Assembly: GCA_951406725.2 (NCBI GenBank)
Contig: OX597814.1
Coordinates: forward strand, 105,214,001 to 105,278,000
DNA: 64,000 nucleotides
From: Octopus vulgaris
Lineage: Eukaryota
Direction of reading: 5' to 3'
Each line of letters begins with the position of its first letter. Position 1 is the stretch's first letter. Of this stretch, positions 1 to 13,330 are shown piece by piece. The notes below the pieces were generated by a model. That model did not search any database. It saw only the letters and a program-made list of their open reading frames with translations, and had not been told where the DNA came from. A program made the translations under genes and the position numbers.

Positions 1-47
1 TACTTCCCTTAGCGTTAAAACACAAAATGATTGCCTTCAAACGGTAT

Positions 48-255
48 ACTCTCTTTACTCTTTTACTTGTTTCAGTCATTTGACTGTGGCCATGCTGTAG
101 CACCGCCTTTAGTCGAGCAAATCGACCCCAGGACTTATTCTTTGTAAGCCTAGTACTTATTCTATTTGTCTCTTTTGCCAAACAGCTAAGTTACGGGGAC
201 GTAAACACACCAGCATCGGTTGCCAAGCGATGCTGGAGGGACAAACACAGCCACA

Positions 256-329
<74 letters not shown>

Positions 330-495
330 TACGATGGGCTTCTTTCAATTTCCGTCTACCAAATCCACTCACAAGGCTTTGGTCGGCCCGAGGCTATAGT
401 AGAAGACACTTGCCCAAGGTGCCACGCAGTAGGACTGAACCCGGAACCATGTGGTTGAAAAGCAAGCTACTTACCACACAGCCACTCCTACGCCT
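48..495 (-). mobile_element. tRNA-derived CORE-type SINE, family A (about 410-450 bp; likely one of the published octopus OR-type SINEs), near full length
   Basis: Minus strand reads a tRNA-like head (GGCGTAGGAGTGGCTGTGTGGTAAG...GGTTCAGTCC), CORE-like ACCTTGGGCAAGTGTCTT, an internal (TA)/(TG) tract and an AAAGAGT tail. Many homologues occur in the window. Confidence 0.9.
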
Positions 496-699
496 ATGGA
501 GATCGATGTTGTTTCTCTTGGAAAAGATCCAGCAAGAACATCTTTCCGTTGTCTCTGATATCGCGTTTAGGGTTTGGTCCTGTGGATAGGGAACAATGTG
601 GGAGCAGATTGAGTTAAATACCTATAACAATAGACTGGTTTGTTGCTGTCCCAGTGTTTACGTTCCGCTCTGGGACCCGGCCACAAAAGGTACCAAACA

Positions 700-967
700 C
701 AAGACCGCCTTGCCTGATGAAGATGTATCAACAGAGGTGCCAGCTCCTACAAACCGAACAGAATTGCAAGGACACGAAGAAAACGCAAACTACGCGAATC
801 CCCATTCATCCCCTTGGCTTCGTTCCCAACAGACCACCAGTACCCGTTCTGCCGCAGAGCCTTCAGGGAACGCATCGGACTGATTGGCCACAGACGGACT
901 CGCCGTATCCTGTCTTCTTTATTCATTTGATGTCCTTGGTCATTGTCGACAACGACCGACGAATAAT
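700..967 (+). mobile_element. RTE-clade LINE 3' end (C-terminal zinc finger plus 3' UTR), decayed
   Basis: Frame from 700 reads QDRLA**RCINRGASSYKPNRIARTRRKRKLRE...YPFCRRAFRERIGLIGHRRT, matching the RTE/BovB pattern CPxCxRxFxxRIGLxxHxRTH. It is followed by the RTE-type 3' UTR GGTCATTGTCGACAACGACCGACGAA. Confidence 0.85.
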
Positions 968-1283
968 TAATAAATGTGCCACTGGCAATCACATCCCAAA
1001 CCAGAAAAGAGTATATATGACATATTCATTTACAGTTGTTTTATACATCATGCACATACTCACACACACACACACATCGATGAGTGATAGCTAAAATTTA
1101 TTAGTATACCTCATTAGTAATGTTTAGTACGAATTAATAACTGTGGAATGGAGAATCAATGATTAGATCACAATTGTATTACGTAAGACTACAAAATTGT
1201 ACAGTTGTGTTTTAAACGTATACTATAAATCTTCCAGGATGTAAATGTAAAAGTAACAATTGCCTATTAATATCAGGCTTTAA

Positions 1284-1411
1284 ATCGAACCGATTGGCCA
1301 CAGACGGACTCGCCGTGCCCTGTCTTCTTTATTCATATGATGTCCTTGGTCATCGTCGACAACGACCGACGAATAATTAATAAATCTGCCACTGGCAATC
1401 ACATCCCGAAC
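1284..1411 (+). repeat. 128-bp direct duplicate of 874-1001 (RTE 3' end plus downstream flank)
   Basis: Direct comparison shows the same length and only a handful of substitutions. Confidence 0.9.
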
Positions 1412-1725
1412 TAGTGACATGGTTGACCGTCATTGTTGATATATGGCGTTGGGTATCTAATGTCATTCCTTGACGCTTATTTCTTGTATCCAACAGATAA
1501 ACAAAGACTTGACTCATTAAAACCTTTATTTACAAACTGGTTGACTGTGGGAAGATAACATATATTTAGTAAGAAGACACGATCCTGCAACATACGAACA
1601 GGTTGTTTCGCTTCATTTATTATCTAACTAGCATTACTTCCTGTTGCTCAAGTTGCCAATGACAACCGAGCTAAACCTATCGAACTCTGACCTTTTGATA
1701 TTTTGCTTTTCTAATTTGGTTTATA

Positions 1726-1772
1726 AGATTCTTGATGTGAACCCGTGCGTTGAAACAAATTTTGTTGTATCT
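1726..1772 (+). ncRNA. Degenerate minimal hammerhead-like motif
   Basis: AGATTC-TTGATGT-G-AAC(CCGTGC)GTT-GAAA-CAAATTTTG-TT-GTATCT. Stems I, II and III pair, but the core has two substitutions. Confidence 0.4.
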
Positions 1773-2197
1773 CGGGAGAGACATTATGCCAATAATAATC
1801 GCACACACTGATTGTATTTCACCTGTTTTGTTTAATTAGTCAATTTCTTAACCATTCAACCAACAAGTAATTGACTGTTTGATTGATGATTCGGTCAATC
1901 AATCAATCAATTAGGTTTGTCAAAGTCCTTTCATTGCCTTTCATGGCCACTCAACATCTGCTTCAGTCTTCTTAATTGTTATTCAAAAATCGCAATTATA
2001 CTGAGCTGCATTCTCAAAATTGTTGGTGAAAGAAATACCCATGAGAATACTTTTAAACAGCACAGATAAAACTTGCGTTAAGTTCATAGTGATCCCGCTG
2101 CCTGTTTGTTAACGTGGGTAGAATACAAACACATAACTCCTTATTAGCCTATATACTTGACTATCTGCCACTTTTCATACAGCTTGAACAGAAAAGA

Positions 2198-2334
<137 letters not shown>

Positions 2335-2479
2335 TAGATATATAGATATATAGATATATAGATATATATATATATATATACATATATAGATAGATAGATG
2401 GATACATGCAAATATATATATGTACATATGTATGTGTTTATATATATATATATATTACTAAACGTTTCAACAACTTATC

Positions 2480-2523
2480 GCACTACTAATGGTTTCCCGT
2501 ACATGCGTACGTTCACCAGGTGC
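2480..2523 (-). ncRNA. Minimal type-I hammerhead ribozyme motif (A6G variant)
   Basis: GCAC-CTGGTGA-A-CGTAC(GCAT)GTACG-G-GAAA-C(CATTA)G-TA-GTGC, with a GUA cleavage triplet. Confidence 0.65.
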
Positions 2524-2551
2524 CAATTCTTTTATATATATATATATATAT

Positions 2552-2601
<50 letters not shown>

Positions 2602-2646
2602 TAAAAATTCGGGTTGTGTGATAGGTGAACATATTTATTTAACCAT

Positions 2647-2692
2647 TTGCCATCCTTAAGATTACGGCCGTTTCTCAGCCTTCATCAGGTAA
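2647..2692 (-). ncRNA. Decayed hammerhead-like motif
   Basis: TTAC-CTGATGA-A-GGCTG(AGAAA)CGGCC-GTAA-TCTTAAGGA-TG-GCAA. The GAAA box and cleavage site are mutated. Confidence 0.4.
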
Positions 2693-3070
2693 TAATAATA
2701 TCAGTGTCTTAAAAACTTGTTTTGCATGTGTGCATGCTATATGAATGCTATATGGATGCTATACATTACACAGTACGATTATACAATTGTAGTAAATGTA
2801 TTCACCTCTCGTAGCCCTTGATTTCTTTTTATGGTCTATACATATCTCATGAAATAATTTCATAGACTGGATCTGCTGGGCTTCAGCTGCATAATATTCT
2901 ACATTGCACTCTTTATTAGATTAATATGTAGTATGGTAACCGGGTCCATTGGAAGAGCTTTCTGTGATTGCTACAGGAATCCCTGTATCCCTATATTGTA
3001 CTACAAATTTGTGTGTGTGTGTGTGTGAGTGTGTATGTGTATGTATGTGTGTGTGCATTATATGTCGATG

Positions 3071-3116
<46 letters not shown>

Positions 3117-3957
3117 CATATCTATCTACATCTATATGCTTATATTTATAAATATATTTACATTTATGCGTTTATATGCGCGTATGTACATATATATGCA
3201 TGTATGTGGGTATACTATATACCAATGGGTATCTTTATATTTATATATGTATATACGTATACACACACACACACACGCACACAATCTCTCTCTCTCTCTC
3301 TCACACACACACAGAAATATATATATATATGAGCAAAAGAAAAAGAAAAAGCTAAAGTAAAAAGGATTCATATTTTGCTAAAAATATTCAGGTGAACGTG
3401 AAAATGCCGATGCGAAACACGATAACAACCAGACTGAAATCATAATCCACACACACACACACATGCACACATTAACAGAAACCACGCAAACACATATGCA
3501 CACACACACACACACACACATATAAACTTATACACACAATTGTACAGATTACCCCACCTAACACTCCTATGCATATATCCACACACAAGCGTAAGACTCC
3601 TTATTTTCTTTGAAGCAATAAATATATGTTTCTAATTCCGCTGCTGTTCGCTGCTTATTTATTCGGTTCCTTTCTAACGTAAATAGGAGTGAAACAGAAG
3701 TGTTTCGTTATAAACATTTCGCTCTCTCTAACTATTATTGTGCTGTGATATCAAGGTGTTTGTAATGGTGTGGCTTCATGAAACAAGCCTCAGGTGCTGC
3801 ATCGTTTCGCAGTGTCCTACGAAACAAGAGTGTTTATTTTATGATGGCCGCGAAAGATTTCTCATGCACAGCGAAAATAGCAATCATTTCATCATATTTA
3901 TATACACACTCACTTACGCAAACGTATACACAAATATATATATACATATATACACAC

Positions 3958-4036
<79 letters not shown>

Positions 4037-4430
4037 TATATTTATATATAAATAAATATATATATATATGTATATATATGTATATATATATATATAATAT
4101 TAATTATAGATGCGTACATACGTATGTATGTATGCATGATGTGTGTAGGGCATCAATGTGGTATTCGGTGTATATTTATTTACGAATAACTATCTTTGAA
4201 TATGAAAAGCTGAAAGAAGGTGATATGCATCAAATGCTCTGATGTTAGGTGTAATATCACTGATAATCACTTAAATACACTTAAACATAAATAAAACGAC
4301 GCCTACATGCATTTAACATGGGTGTGTGTGTATGCATGTGTACTTCTGTGTCTCTGTATGTGTCAATATATAAATGAATATAAGTATATATACATACATA
4401 TATATGTGTATGTATACATACATGCATATA

Positions 4431-4463
<33 letters not shown>

Positions 4464-4475
4464 CTTTTTTCCTTT

Positions 4476-4720
4476 ATCTTTTACTTGTTTCTATCATTAG
4501 ACTGCGGCCATGCTGTGGCACCGCCTTGAAAAATGTTTTAGGCGAATGAATCGACTCCGTACTTATTTCTTTTTTTAAAAAAAAATCCTCCAACGTATCC
4601 TATGGGTTTTTTTCTCGAACTGCTAAGTTACAGTGACATAAGCAAACCAATACCGGCTGTCGAGCGGTGGTGGGGAACAAACACAGACACAAAGACACAT
4701 ACATAAACATATACATACAT
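4476..4720 (-). mobile_element. Family A SINE, 3' half
   Basis: TTTTACTTGTTTC...ACTGCGGCCATGCTG...CACCGCCTT matches the copy at 48-495. Confidence 0.8.
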
Positions 4721-4767
4721 CCATGCTCCGGCATGGCTCCAGCCTCTGGCTGAAACCAGTAAAAGAA

Positions 4768-4806
<39 letters not shown>

Positions 4807-4876
4807 CAAAATGTAACCACATGTGAGTCGTTGGCGATTTTTTCCTCCATCTTCCTTTTCTATTGGACTTCCCTCT

Positions 4877-4911
4877 GTTTCTGAAGAAGAGCTTTGCTCG
4901 AAACGTTAAAC
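4877..4911 (+). ncRNA. Minimal type-I hammerhead ribozyme in a short PLE-like repeat
   Basis: GTTT-CTGAAGA-A-GAGC(TTT)GCTC-GAAA-CG-TT-AAAC. The core is canonical and stem III is reduced to the palindrome AACGTT, as in dimeric Penelope HHRs. Confidence 0.75.
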
Positions 4912-5386
4912 TATCTTTCTTTCCTTCCCTGAGCATAAAAGGCCTTTTACGATAACATGGTGAAACAGGTCAGTTCATCTCAAATTCTTTGTAAACTCCT
5001 AAATATATCTCCTGCTGTATATATATATATATATACCACCCAAATATGACCTTTTTGAACTTATAATTTTCTGTGTATATATATAGATACTTCGAAGCAA
5101 ACTTGATTTTTAATGAAATCCTAATATTTTTTAATATTTTCTCAAGATTTTTCCTGTAAACTGTTTTTAAAATTTTCTTATTATTGTCAAAGAATGTATA
5201 TATATGTATTGTAATATTTTGTGACAACCAGTACTTAACACAACAAAGCTTTTACATTTTACTTTTGACAATCTTTTTCTAAAAAAAGTGAAACCGGTCA
5301 AGTGAATAAACATCTTTTAAAATTGCATTTTCAAACCTTCTTCCATATATATTTCCTCTCGAGTGGTACCTTACATCTTCACTTTG

Positions 5387-5451
<65 letters not shown>

Positions 5452-5564
5452 AAGATAAAGATAAATTGTATTCAACGCGTAGATACTGAACAGTATATAT
5501 ATAAAGGATAAAATCCATTTTTTTAAAGCAGAAATATCTGTCGACAGCCAGCCATATATATATA

Positions 5565-5658
<94 letters not shown>

Positions 5659-5724
5659 GGGCATACCTCACCCTATGTCGTTAATTGGTTCCAACATAAA
5701 ACCTAGTGACCGTTGACGATATTC

Positions 5725-6165
5725 ATCACAGCAAGGTAGTAACTAAATGCAACATACCAGGTATTGAAGCCATCCTCATCAAAATAACAGCTGAGATGGT
5801 CAGGTCATCCCTCACGTAGGAGTGATATCAGAATTCTGAAGCAACTCGTCTCTGGCCAATTCACAACAGGAAGGTCAGTTGGAAGGCCATTCTCGAGCTT
5901 CAAAGACAAACTAAAAAGAAAGAGAATCTGATGCTTTTCTTCTTGGGAAAACAAAGCATTAGAACGCCGGAGCTGGCACTAATCCGCCTTCTTCTCAGTT
6001 CAAAGATCTGAGCAAAGTTGATTCCAACATCGGAACCAACTTCGTGCAAACATTAAGGCACGCTGGCAAAACGCTGCTCCTCTAAATGGAAATCTTACCT
6101 GTAATTGTGGCTTCGTGGCACGAAGCAATGCAGGCCTTGCCGTCCAAATGATCCACAGCCACTTG
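5725..6165 (+). mobile_element. RTE-clade LINE C-terminal fragment, decayed
   Basis: With frameshift: KCNIPGIEAILIK-QLRWSGHPSRRSDIRILKQLVSGQFTTGRSVGRPFSSFKDKLK, and later TCNCGFVARSNAGLAVQM. These match RTE LRWxGH...RLPKQ...GRP motifs and the terminal zinc finger. Confidence 0.75.
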
Positions 6166-6566
6166 AGTAAACTAAGTCCTCAACTTCTTTCCTTCGCTGA
6201 AAGGTTTGCAAAGCACCAGCAGGCCTCAAGAGAGAAACGTTTCAATAAACAGGATTATCGCTTTATTTCACAGAACACTCATTTGTCGTTCGGGTTTGTT
6301 TATAAAAATATTATTTATGTGGCATTAAGACAATTTAAATATATATGAACTAAATTTGTCTGAAATTAATGGGTGAGGGTTTGGCCAATCAGGTTCGCAA
6401 GGAGCCATGAAAGCGTCGTTTTGTGAGTTCGATTCAGCCTGAGGTTAGCTCATCATTTTCCAGTCATTTGTTTTTATTTTAAAATTGTCGCTTCAAATCG
6501 GAGAATAAATATCATTATGATATATATTATATACAGTTATTATACAGTTATTATATATATAGAGAG

Positions 6567-6760
6567 AGTTGAAATTCATAGAAAATCAAAAGACGAAGAC
6601 AAGTGTATGAACAACAAGCAAGTGTATTAGATTGACGCTCGGGAAAATGAAAAAGTCTTTTACGTTTCGAGCCTACGTTCTCGAACAGAAAGGAATAGGA
6701 GAAAATAAGCAGAGACAAAATGAAAAAAAAAAACCAACTTGTAGATTACGGCGGTCCAGC
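6567..6760 (-). mobile_element. PLE-like non-coding repeat carrying a hammerhead variant at 6657-6692
   Basis: Homologous to 9471-9640. Minus strand CTTT-CTGTTCGA-GAAC(GTAG)GCTC-GAAA-CG-TA-AAAG. Confidence 0.65.
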
Positions 6761-6779
6761 ATTTCCTAATTTTTAATAG

Positions 6780-6968
6780 CTTAATCGGTAGCTCATCTGA
6801 TATTAGCAGATTTCGTGTCTGTTTTTTCGTTCTAAACTCATATTCTGCCAAGGTCGACTTTGCCTTTGTCCTTTCCGAGGTCAATGAAACAAATACCAGT
6901 CAGGTTCTGGCATCGATGTAATCAACTAGGTCCAGCGCGCCTCCAAATTCCAGGCCTTGTGCCTATAA

Positions 6969-6970
<2 letters not shown>
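6780..6970 (+). mobile_element. Family B (Meta-type) SINE, diverged
   Basis: AGGTCGACTTTGCCTTTGTCCTTTCCGAGGTC central domain. Confidence 0.7.
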
Positions 6971-7015
<45 letters not shown>

Positions 7016-7432
7016 AGTCGACAAAGCACTTGATTTTTAATTTCGTATGTTACACTTCCCTTCAAAAACGATCTACTTTTAAGTTTTCTTCAAAAAGTAA
7101 AGAGGATGGATGGTGCCAAGAAGCAGAAGAAGAGGAAAAAGGAAAAGAAGGATTCTTTTTTTAAAAAATATATAAATGTAAATAAATGCCAGAAGAGGAA
7201 ATCCTTGTAAATGGAACATGTCAACCGTCTCAACGAACTAACCTGGCTGTGTCTTTAAATATAGATAGGTTATTGCTCGCTTTCTCCCCCTCTCGTGCAT
7301 CTCCTCACCCCCCACACACATGTATATATATATGTATGTATGTGTGTATATATATATATATTCATATATACATATATACACACACATACATACATATATG
7401 TATTTATGTATGTATATATATATCTTTATATA

Positions 7433-7489
<57 letters not shown>

Positions 7490-7504
7490 ATGTATATATA
7501 TATA

Positions 7505-7552
<48 letters not shown>

Positions 7553-7887
7553 TGAATGGATGTGTATTCCATATTTTATGAATATTTATCCCTCGATTAG
7601 GGGTATCCATCCATGAGGAATCCTATTGATCTGTTCCCAGAAAAATCTGTCATATATTGCCGACAGCCAAGTGAACTGAGGTGATGCAGAATTAATCGTG
7701 ATCAGATACGTGTCTACCTTAGTGACTTCGCCATTTTGGCTTCTAGCATATTCCACCATACTGATGATTAAATTTACTCAAATGTGCAGAAGGAGAGAAA
7801 TAAGGCAAAACGTGGTTGCCTACCTGTACTGTATCTCTATCTCAGATCTGATGAGCTTCAGTTTGCTACCATTGTTTGTTTCTCTCT

Positions 7888-7947
<60 letters not shown>

Positions 7948-8738
7948 CTCTCTGTATATTTTTAGCTAAGTAAACAAACGGAAAAACATTTGCTTTTAAA
8001 AATACAAAACTGAAAATATTTAATTTTTGCCGTTGTATTACAGCGTTTCAAGTTCGAATTCTCTGCGCAGATTGTTCTTTTTGTTAACATCATTTCACAA
8101 GACAGGAAGGAAACGAAAAGAAAATGTTCAGGGTCAGTAATGTACTTGGGCTCGGGTGGACAAACTGAAAGCTTCCCCATAAAGTTTTATCCAATTATCA
8201 GTAAATAGGTCAGGGCATTATGTCATAAACCTTCCGTTATTTGCTCCGAGTTTCTTCAACAGACACTAAAGCTTCAAGATCATACTCGCTTGCCAGTGAC
8301 GGCGAAGTTTTATAAGAATTATTGATCTGCATCGATCTTCCTCTAAAAACTATAACTTCCTGAAGTGCCTAAATTCAGTACGACGTTACTTTCATTTTTG
8401 TTTTCACTCATTGAAGAAAAGAGCAGGAATTATCTGGCTCGAAACAGCATCAACAGCTACAATAACAGCAACAACACCATAATCGAAATTCACGGTGATG
8501 TATAATCCTGTTTAAGTATTCCGAACTCAGGCCGTCTTCATAGTGTATTAAGGTGTGTTCTGGAAAAGCGGTGGTTGTGGTTGTAGTGGTGGTGGTGGTG
8601 GTGGTGGTGGTGGTGGTGGTGTTGCTACTACTGCTGCTGCTGCTGCTGGAGCAGTCTGACTAGTATTGTTGCAATTTGTGACATCTCATCAGTGACCGCA
8701 CCTCAGATTTTCATTGATCCACGCAGTATATAACATAG

Positions 8739-9075
8739 TGGAGGCATACGGCATAGTGGGTAGAGCGTCGGGCTAACAGTTATGAAGTTGTGAGTTCGAT
8801 TCCCGGACCGGGCTGTGTGTTGTGTTCTTGAGCAAGACGCTTTACTCCAAGTTGCTCCAGTTCCCTCATCTGTAGAAATGTGTTGCGACGTCACAGATGC
8901 CAAGCTATATCGTCCTTTGCATTTCTCTTAGATAACATTGGTCGCATGGAGAGGAGAGGCTGGTTTACATGGTTGACTGATGGTCTTCAATAAGCAACCT
9001 TACCCAGACTTGTGCCTGCGAGGGGAACTTTGTAGGGGCAATCCCATGGTCATTTATGACCGAAGGGGGTCTTTA
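8739..9075 (+). mobile_element. tRNA-derived CORE SINE with its own 3' tail
   Basis: A box/B box (GGCATAGTGG...GAGTTCGATTCCC) and CORE (TTGTGTTCTTGAGCAAGAC.CTTTACTC), then an unrelated tail. Confidence 0.8.
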
Positions 9076-9357
9076 TACATACATATGATAAATTTCAAAG
9101 ACATCATAGAATTAGGGTTCCTTCCATATATCACGCTTTATCTTTCTGTCTATTCATGCCTCTATTCTTTTATCTATATGTATTTATATATGCATACATC
9201 CATTTATGTGTGTGTCTGTATACATGGAAACATGCACATACATACACACATGTTGTATTCATACGTATGTATGGAAGCAATTTTTCCATGTTTCCAAGTG
9301 TTTCATTATCCATATCCAGTTACACCTTCGACAGCAAATATAAGTTGCATATATATA

Positions 9358-9437
<80 letters not shown>

Positions 9438-9470
9438 AAGAGAGAGAATGCGATTGATAGATAGATAGAT

Positions 9471-9640
9471 AGTTGAAATTTACAAAAAAGTAGACAAAAG
9501 AAAAGACGAAGACGGGTGTGTAAATAACAAACAGAAGTATTAGTTTAACGCTTAAGAAGTGAGAATGTCTTTTACGTTTCGAGCCTACGCTCTTCGACCG
9601 AAAGGAACACAGAAATAGACAGAGAGAGAAAATTAAAAAG
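9471..9640 (-). mobile_element. PLE-like non-coding repeat carrying a hammerhead variant at 9569-9604
   Basis: CTTT-CGGTCGA-A-GAGC(GTAG)GCTC-GAAA-CG-TA-AAAG. Abuts (GATA)n. Confidence 0.65.
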
Positions 9641-9658
9641 CGAGAGACGTATGTATGT

Positions 9659-9706
<48 letters not shown>

Positions 9707-9869
9707 ATGTGTGTGTGTGTGTCTGTGTGTGTGTGTCTGTGTGTGTGTGTCTGTGTATCTTATATTAAACTTTTTAATACTTTTTGATAGTTATATATAT
9801 TTAATATATTTCTAAAAAATATATATATATATATATACATATATATATAAACACACAGACACACACATG

Positions 9870-9923
<54 letters not shown>

Positions 9924-10169
9924 TGTATGTATACACTTTAGTTCAAAGTCGAACCTTTAATACCTACAAAAAGCTTGGGAATTTCGTTCTATTCGGTTAG
10001 TATGCAAAAATTTGTTTGCACTTACATTTGTGTTGTAAGGCGTTCTAAAGTTTATACTATTGCTGTAACTGGGTATGAATTATGAAACAGCTGTAAACAC
10101 GCAGAATGAATTATATCTACATCTCAGTTCTGAATTTGAAGCATTACTTTCATATACTCCACAAGTTCA

Positions 10170-10350
10170 GCGAGCTGGTAGAGTTGTTAGCACACCGGAC
10201 AAAATGTTTTACGTTGTGAGTTCAAATTCCGCCGAGATCGACTTTGCCTTTCAGCTTTTCGGTATAAGTATCAATTGAATAATAGAGCCGATATAATCGA
10301 CTCGCCCTCCTCTCCTGAAATTGCTCTCTTTGTTGGCCAAAATTTGAAAT
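10170..10350 (+). mobile_element. Family B (Meta-type) SINE, diverged
   Basis: GCGAGCTGG...GAGTTCAAATTCCGCCGAGATCGACTTTGCCTTTCA. Confidence 0.75.
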
Positions 10351-10478
10351 CATTATTATATTCTCCATCTTACCGCGTTGGAAGAACAACCTGAATTGTG
10401 AAGCCAGGAATTGCGATTCGAGACTAATGATTGTTATAAGATGTGTGTGTGGAAGCATGTATGCATGTGCGTTTGGAC

Positions 10479-10511
<33 letters not shown>

Positions 10512-10556
10512 TATATATAAGACATATTTATGTATATATGTCGGTGTATTTGTATA

Positions 10557-10950
10557 TTACTCTTTTACTCTTACTTGTTTCAGTCATTTGACTGTGGCCA
10601 TGCTGGAGCATCGCTTTTATTCGAGCAAATCGACCCCCAAGAATTATTCTTTGTAAGCCTAGTGCTTATTCTATCGGTCTCTTTGCCGAACCGCTAAGTT
10701 ACGGGGACGTAAACACACCAGCATCGGTTGTCAAGCGATGGAGGGGAAACAAACACAGACACAGAAACATATACACACACACATACATATATACATATAT
10801 ATGACGGGCTTCTTTCAGTTTCCGTCTACCAAATCCACTCACAAGACTTGGGTCGGCCCGAGGCTATAGTAGCAGACACGCAGTGGGACTGAACCCGGAA
10901 CCATGTGGTTTTGTAAGTAAGCTACTCACCACACAGCCACTCCTACGCCT
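10557..10950 (-). mobile_element. Family A SINE, near full length with small internal deletions
   Basis: Colinear with 48-495. Confidence 0.9.
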
Positions 10951-11009
10951 ATTATATTATATACAAACATTATATATGTATGTATATATATATATGAGTG
11001 CGCATGTGT

Positions 11010-11100
<91 letters not shown>

Positions 11101-11169
11101 TGTGTGTATTTTCACATTTTAGTGTATGTTCTGTGTGAAAGGTGTAGTTAAAATCTTACCTCATAAGAT

Positions 11170-11258
<89 letters not shown>

Positions 11259-11643
11259 CACATACATACAGCAAAGATGCTGTTTTGCTCTTTCTGTTTT
11301 TTAAAGAACTCTGCATTTCCACTTGACAGCAAGTGTATTAATGCCGTAATGCATTTTTGACATCTCGGCTTCAAGTGAGACCTCTTGATAAGCTGCCAAT
11401 TATGAAAGAACCAATATTGTGGAAAACAATAGGCGGAGCGATTGACTCAAAATACACAATAGCACCGTTACTGACCTGTTAAATACACAAGTAGGAGAGG
11501 CTATGGCATCTATCTATCTACCAATATATCTGCGTGTGTGTGTGTGTGTAGATTTTGTATGAACGTACGTTTGTGTGTGTTTGTATATATATATATATAT
11601 ATATGTATGTATATATATATATGTATGTATATATATATGCATG

Positions 11644-11696
<53 letters not shown>

Positions 11697-12055
11697 GCAT
11701 GTATACACACATATAGATGTGTTTTTCTACTTCATTTATATAGTATATAGATATTTATATATTCTCTTTATCTATCTTATGGTTTACACAATTACACATA
11801 CACACACACACACAAACGTTCTTTCTCCCTCTCACTCTCACACAAATACATACAAAATATACATGTGCGTATGTGTGTATATATATGTATATATATATAT
11901 ATTAATGTGTGTTGGTGTGTATGTGTGTGATTGTGCATATATACAAGTAAATAAATAATATGTAATCAGATCGATGGATCGATGGATAGAAAAGAGAGAG
12001 AAAGAGAGAGTGATAGTGAGAAAAAAATATATATGGAAGCATAGATATATATTTA

Positions 12056-12116
<61 letters not shown>

Positions 12117-12769
12117 TGTCTGTGTAAGTAAATATTTGCTCCTCACTCCCCATCAGTGACTTTGACTTTGTTTAGTCCTACTTTCTCTCCCTCGCGCACA
12201 CAAGCGCGCGCGCACACACACACACACCCATCTACACAGAGAAATATCTGAATCTGTGTAGGTTTCCTTGTTCGCCATCTTGCTGAAACCTTACCAGTTG
12301 CTCGCCTTTCACTCTCCTGCCATCCATCTTGTTATCCTACAGTCACCTCCTCTCTCCCAACACGGATATTTTACTGTATAAATAAATACCCAGCTACATG
12401 CACTTTATTCTGCATTTGTCGATTCCATTTTCAAAAGAACGGTTGCATAGCTACAAAGGATTATGTCTTCTGTAGATTATATATTTCTATTGGCATCATG
12501 CCAATTCCCTGATGGGAATTGCAAGCATACAGGAGGTACTACAAAATAACTTCTCCTTTCTATTGCACCCTGGTTACCGCTGGGGAAGCTATTGCACCAG
12601 ATATACTTAAACATTAGAAATCTTTCCCACACCTGCTATTTTACAAACCCATCGTTGTTTCATGCCCAAAATTCCGATGGGAAAGTCACAGTAGCACAAA
12701 AACCTTTCACTTTTGTATGATTAGCCAAAAGTAAATTTCCGAATGGATTTTTGGTTTTGTATCTTGATA

Positions 12770-13330
12770 CAAGCTCAACAATTTCGGGATAAAGGGATTC
12801 AGTCCTTACATCGACCCCAGTGTTTCTCTGGTACTTGATTTATCGATCCCGAAAGGATGAACGGCAAAATCGACCTCTGCAGAATTTGAACTCAGAACGT
12901 AGCGACGGACGAAATACTTCTAGGCATTTCGTCCAGCGTGCTAACGACTCTGCCACTGGTACTTATTTTATCGAGCCTGGGTGGGTGGGTGAAAGGCTAA
13001 GCTGACCTCGGTGGCATTCGAACTCAGAACGTAAAGTCGTATGAAATGCCGCTAAGCATTTTACTCACCATGTCAACGATTCAACCAGCCCGCCGCCTTG
13101 TTTCCAATAAATAACCTTTCTACTGTAGACACAAGGCCTGAAATTCTTGGGAAGGGGACTAATCGATTACATCGACCCCAGTGTTTTCTCTGGTACTTGA
13201 TTTATCGATCCCGAAAGGATGAACGGCAAAATCGACCTCTGCAGAATTTGAACTCAGAACGTAGCGACGGACGAAATACTTCTAGGCATATCGTCCAGCG
13301 TGCTAACGACTCTGTCAGTCGGTCGCCTTA
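12770..13330 (-). mobile_element. Cluster of three family B SINE copies; 12809-12951 and 13170-13314 are near identical
   Basis: Two repeats of TTTATCGATCCCGAAAGGATGAACGGCAAAATCGACCTCTGCAGAATTTGAACTCAGAAC, with a more diverged copy between them. Confidence 0.85.

Noticed and set aside
714-760. CTGATGA as a hammerhead core
   Set aside because: It arises from stop mutations in the RTE coding remnant, with no stem II or GAAA.
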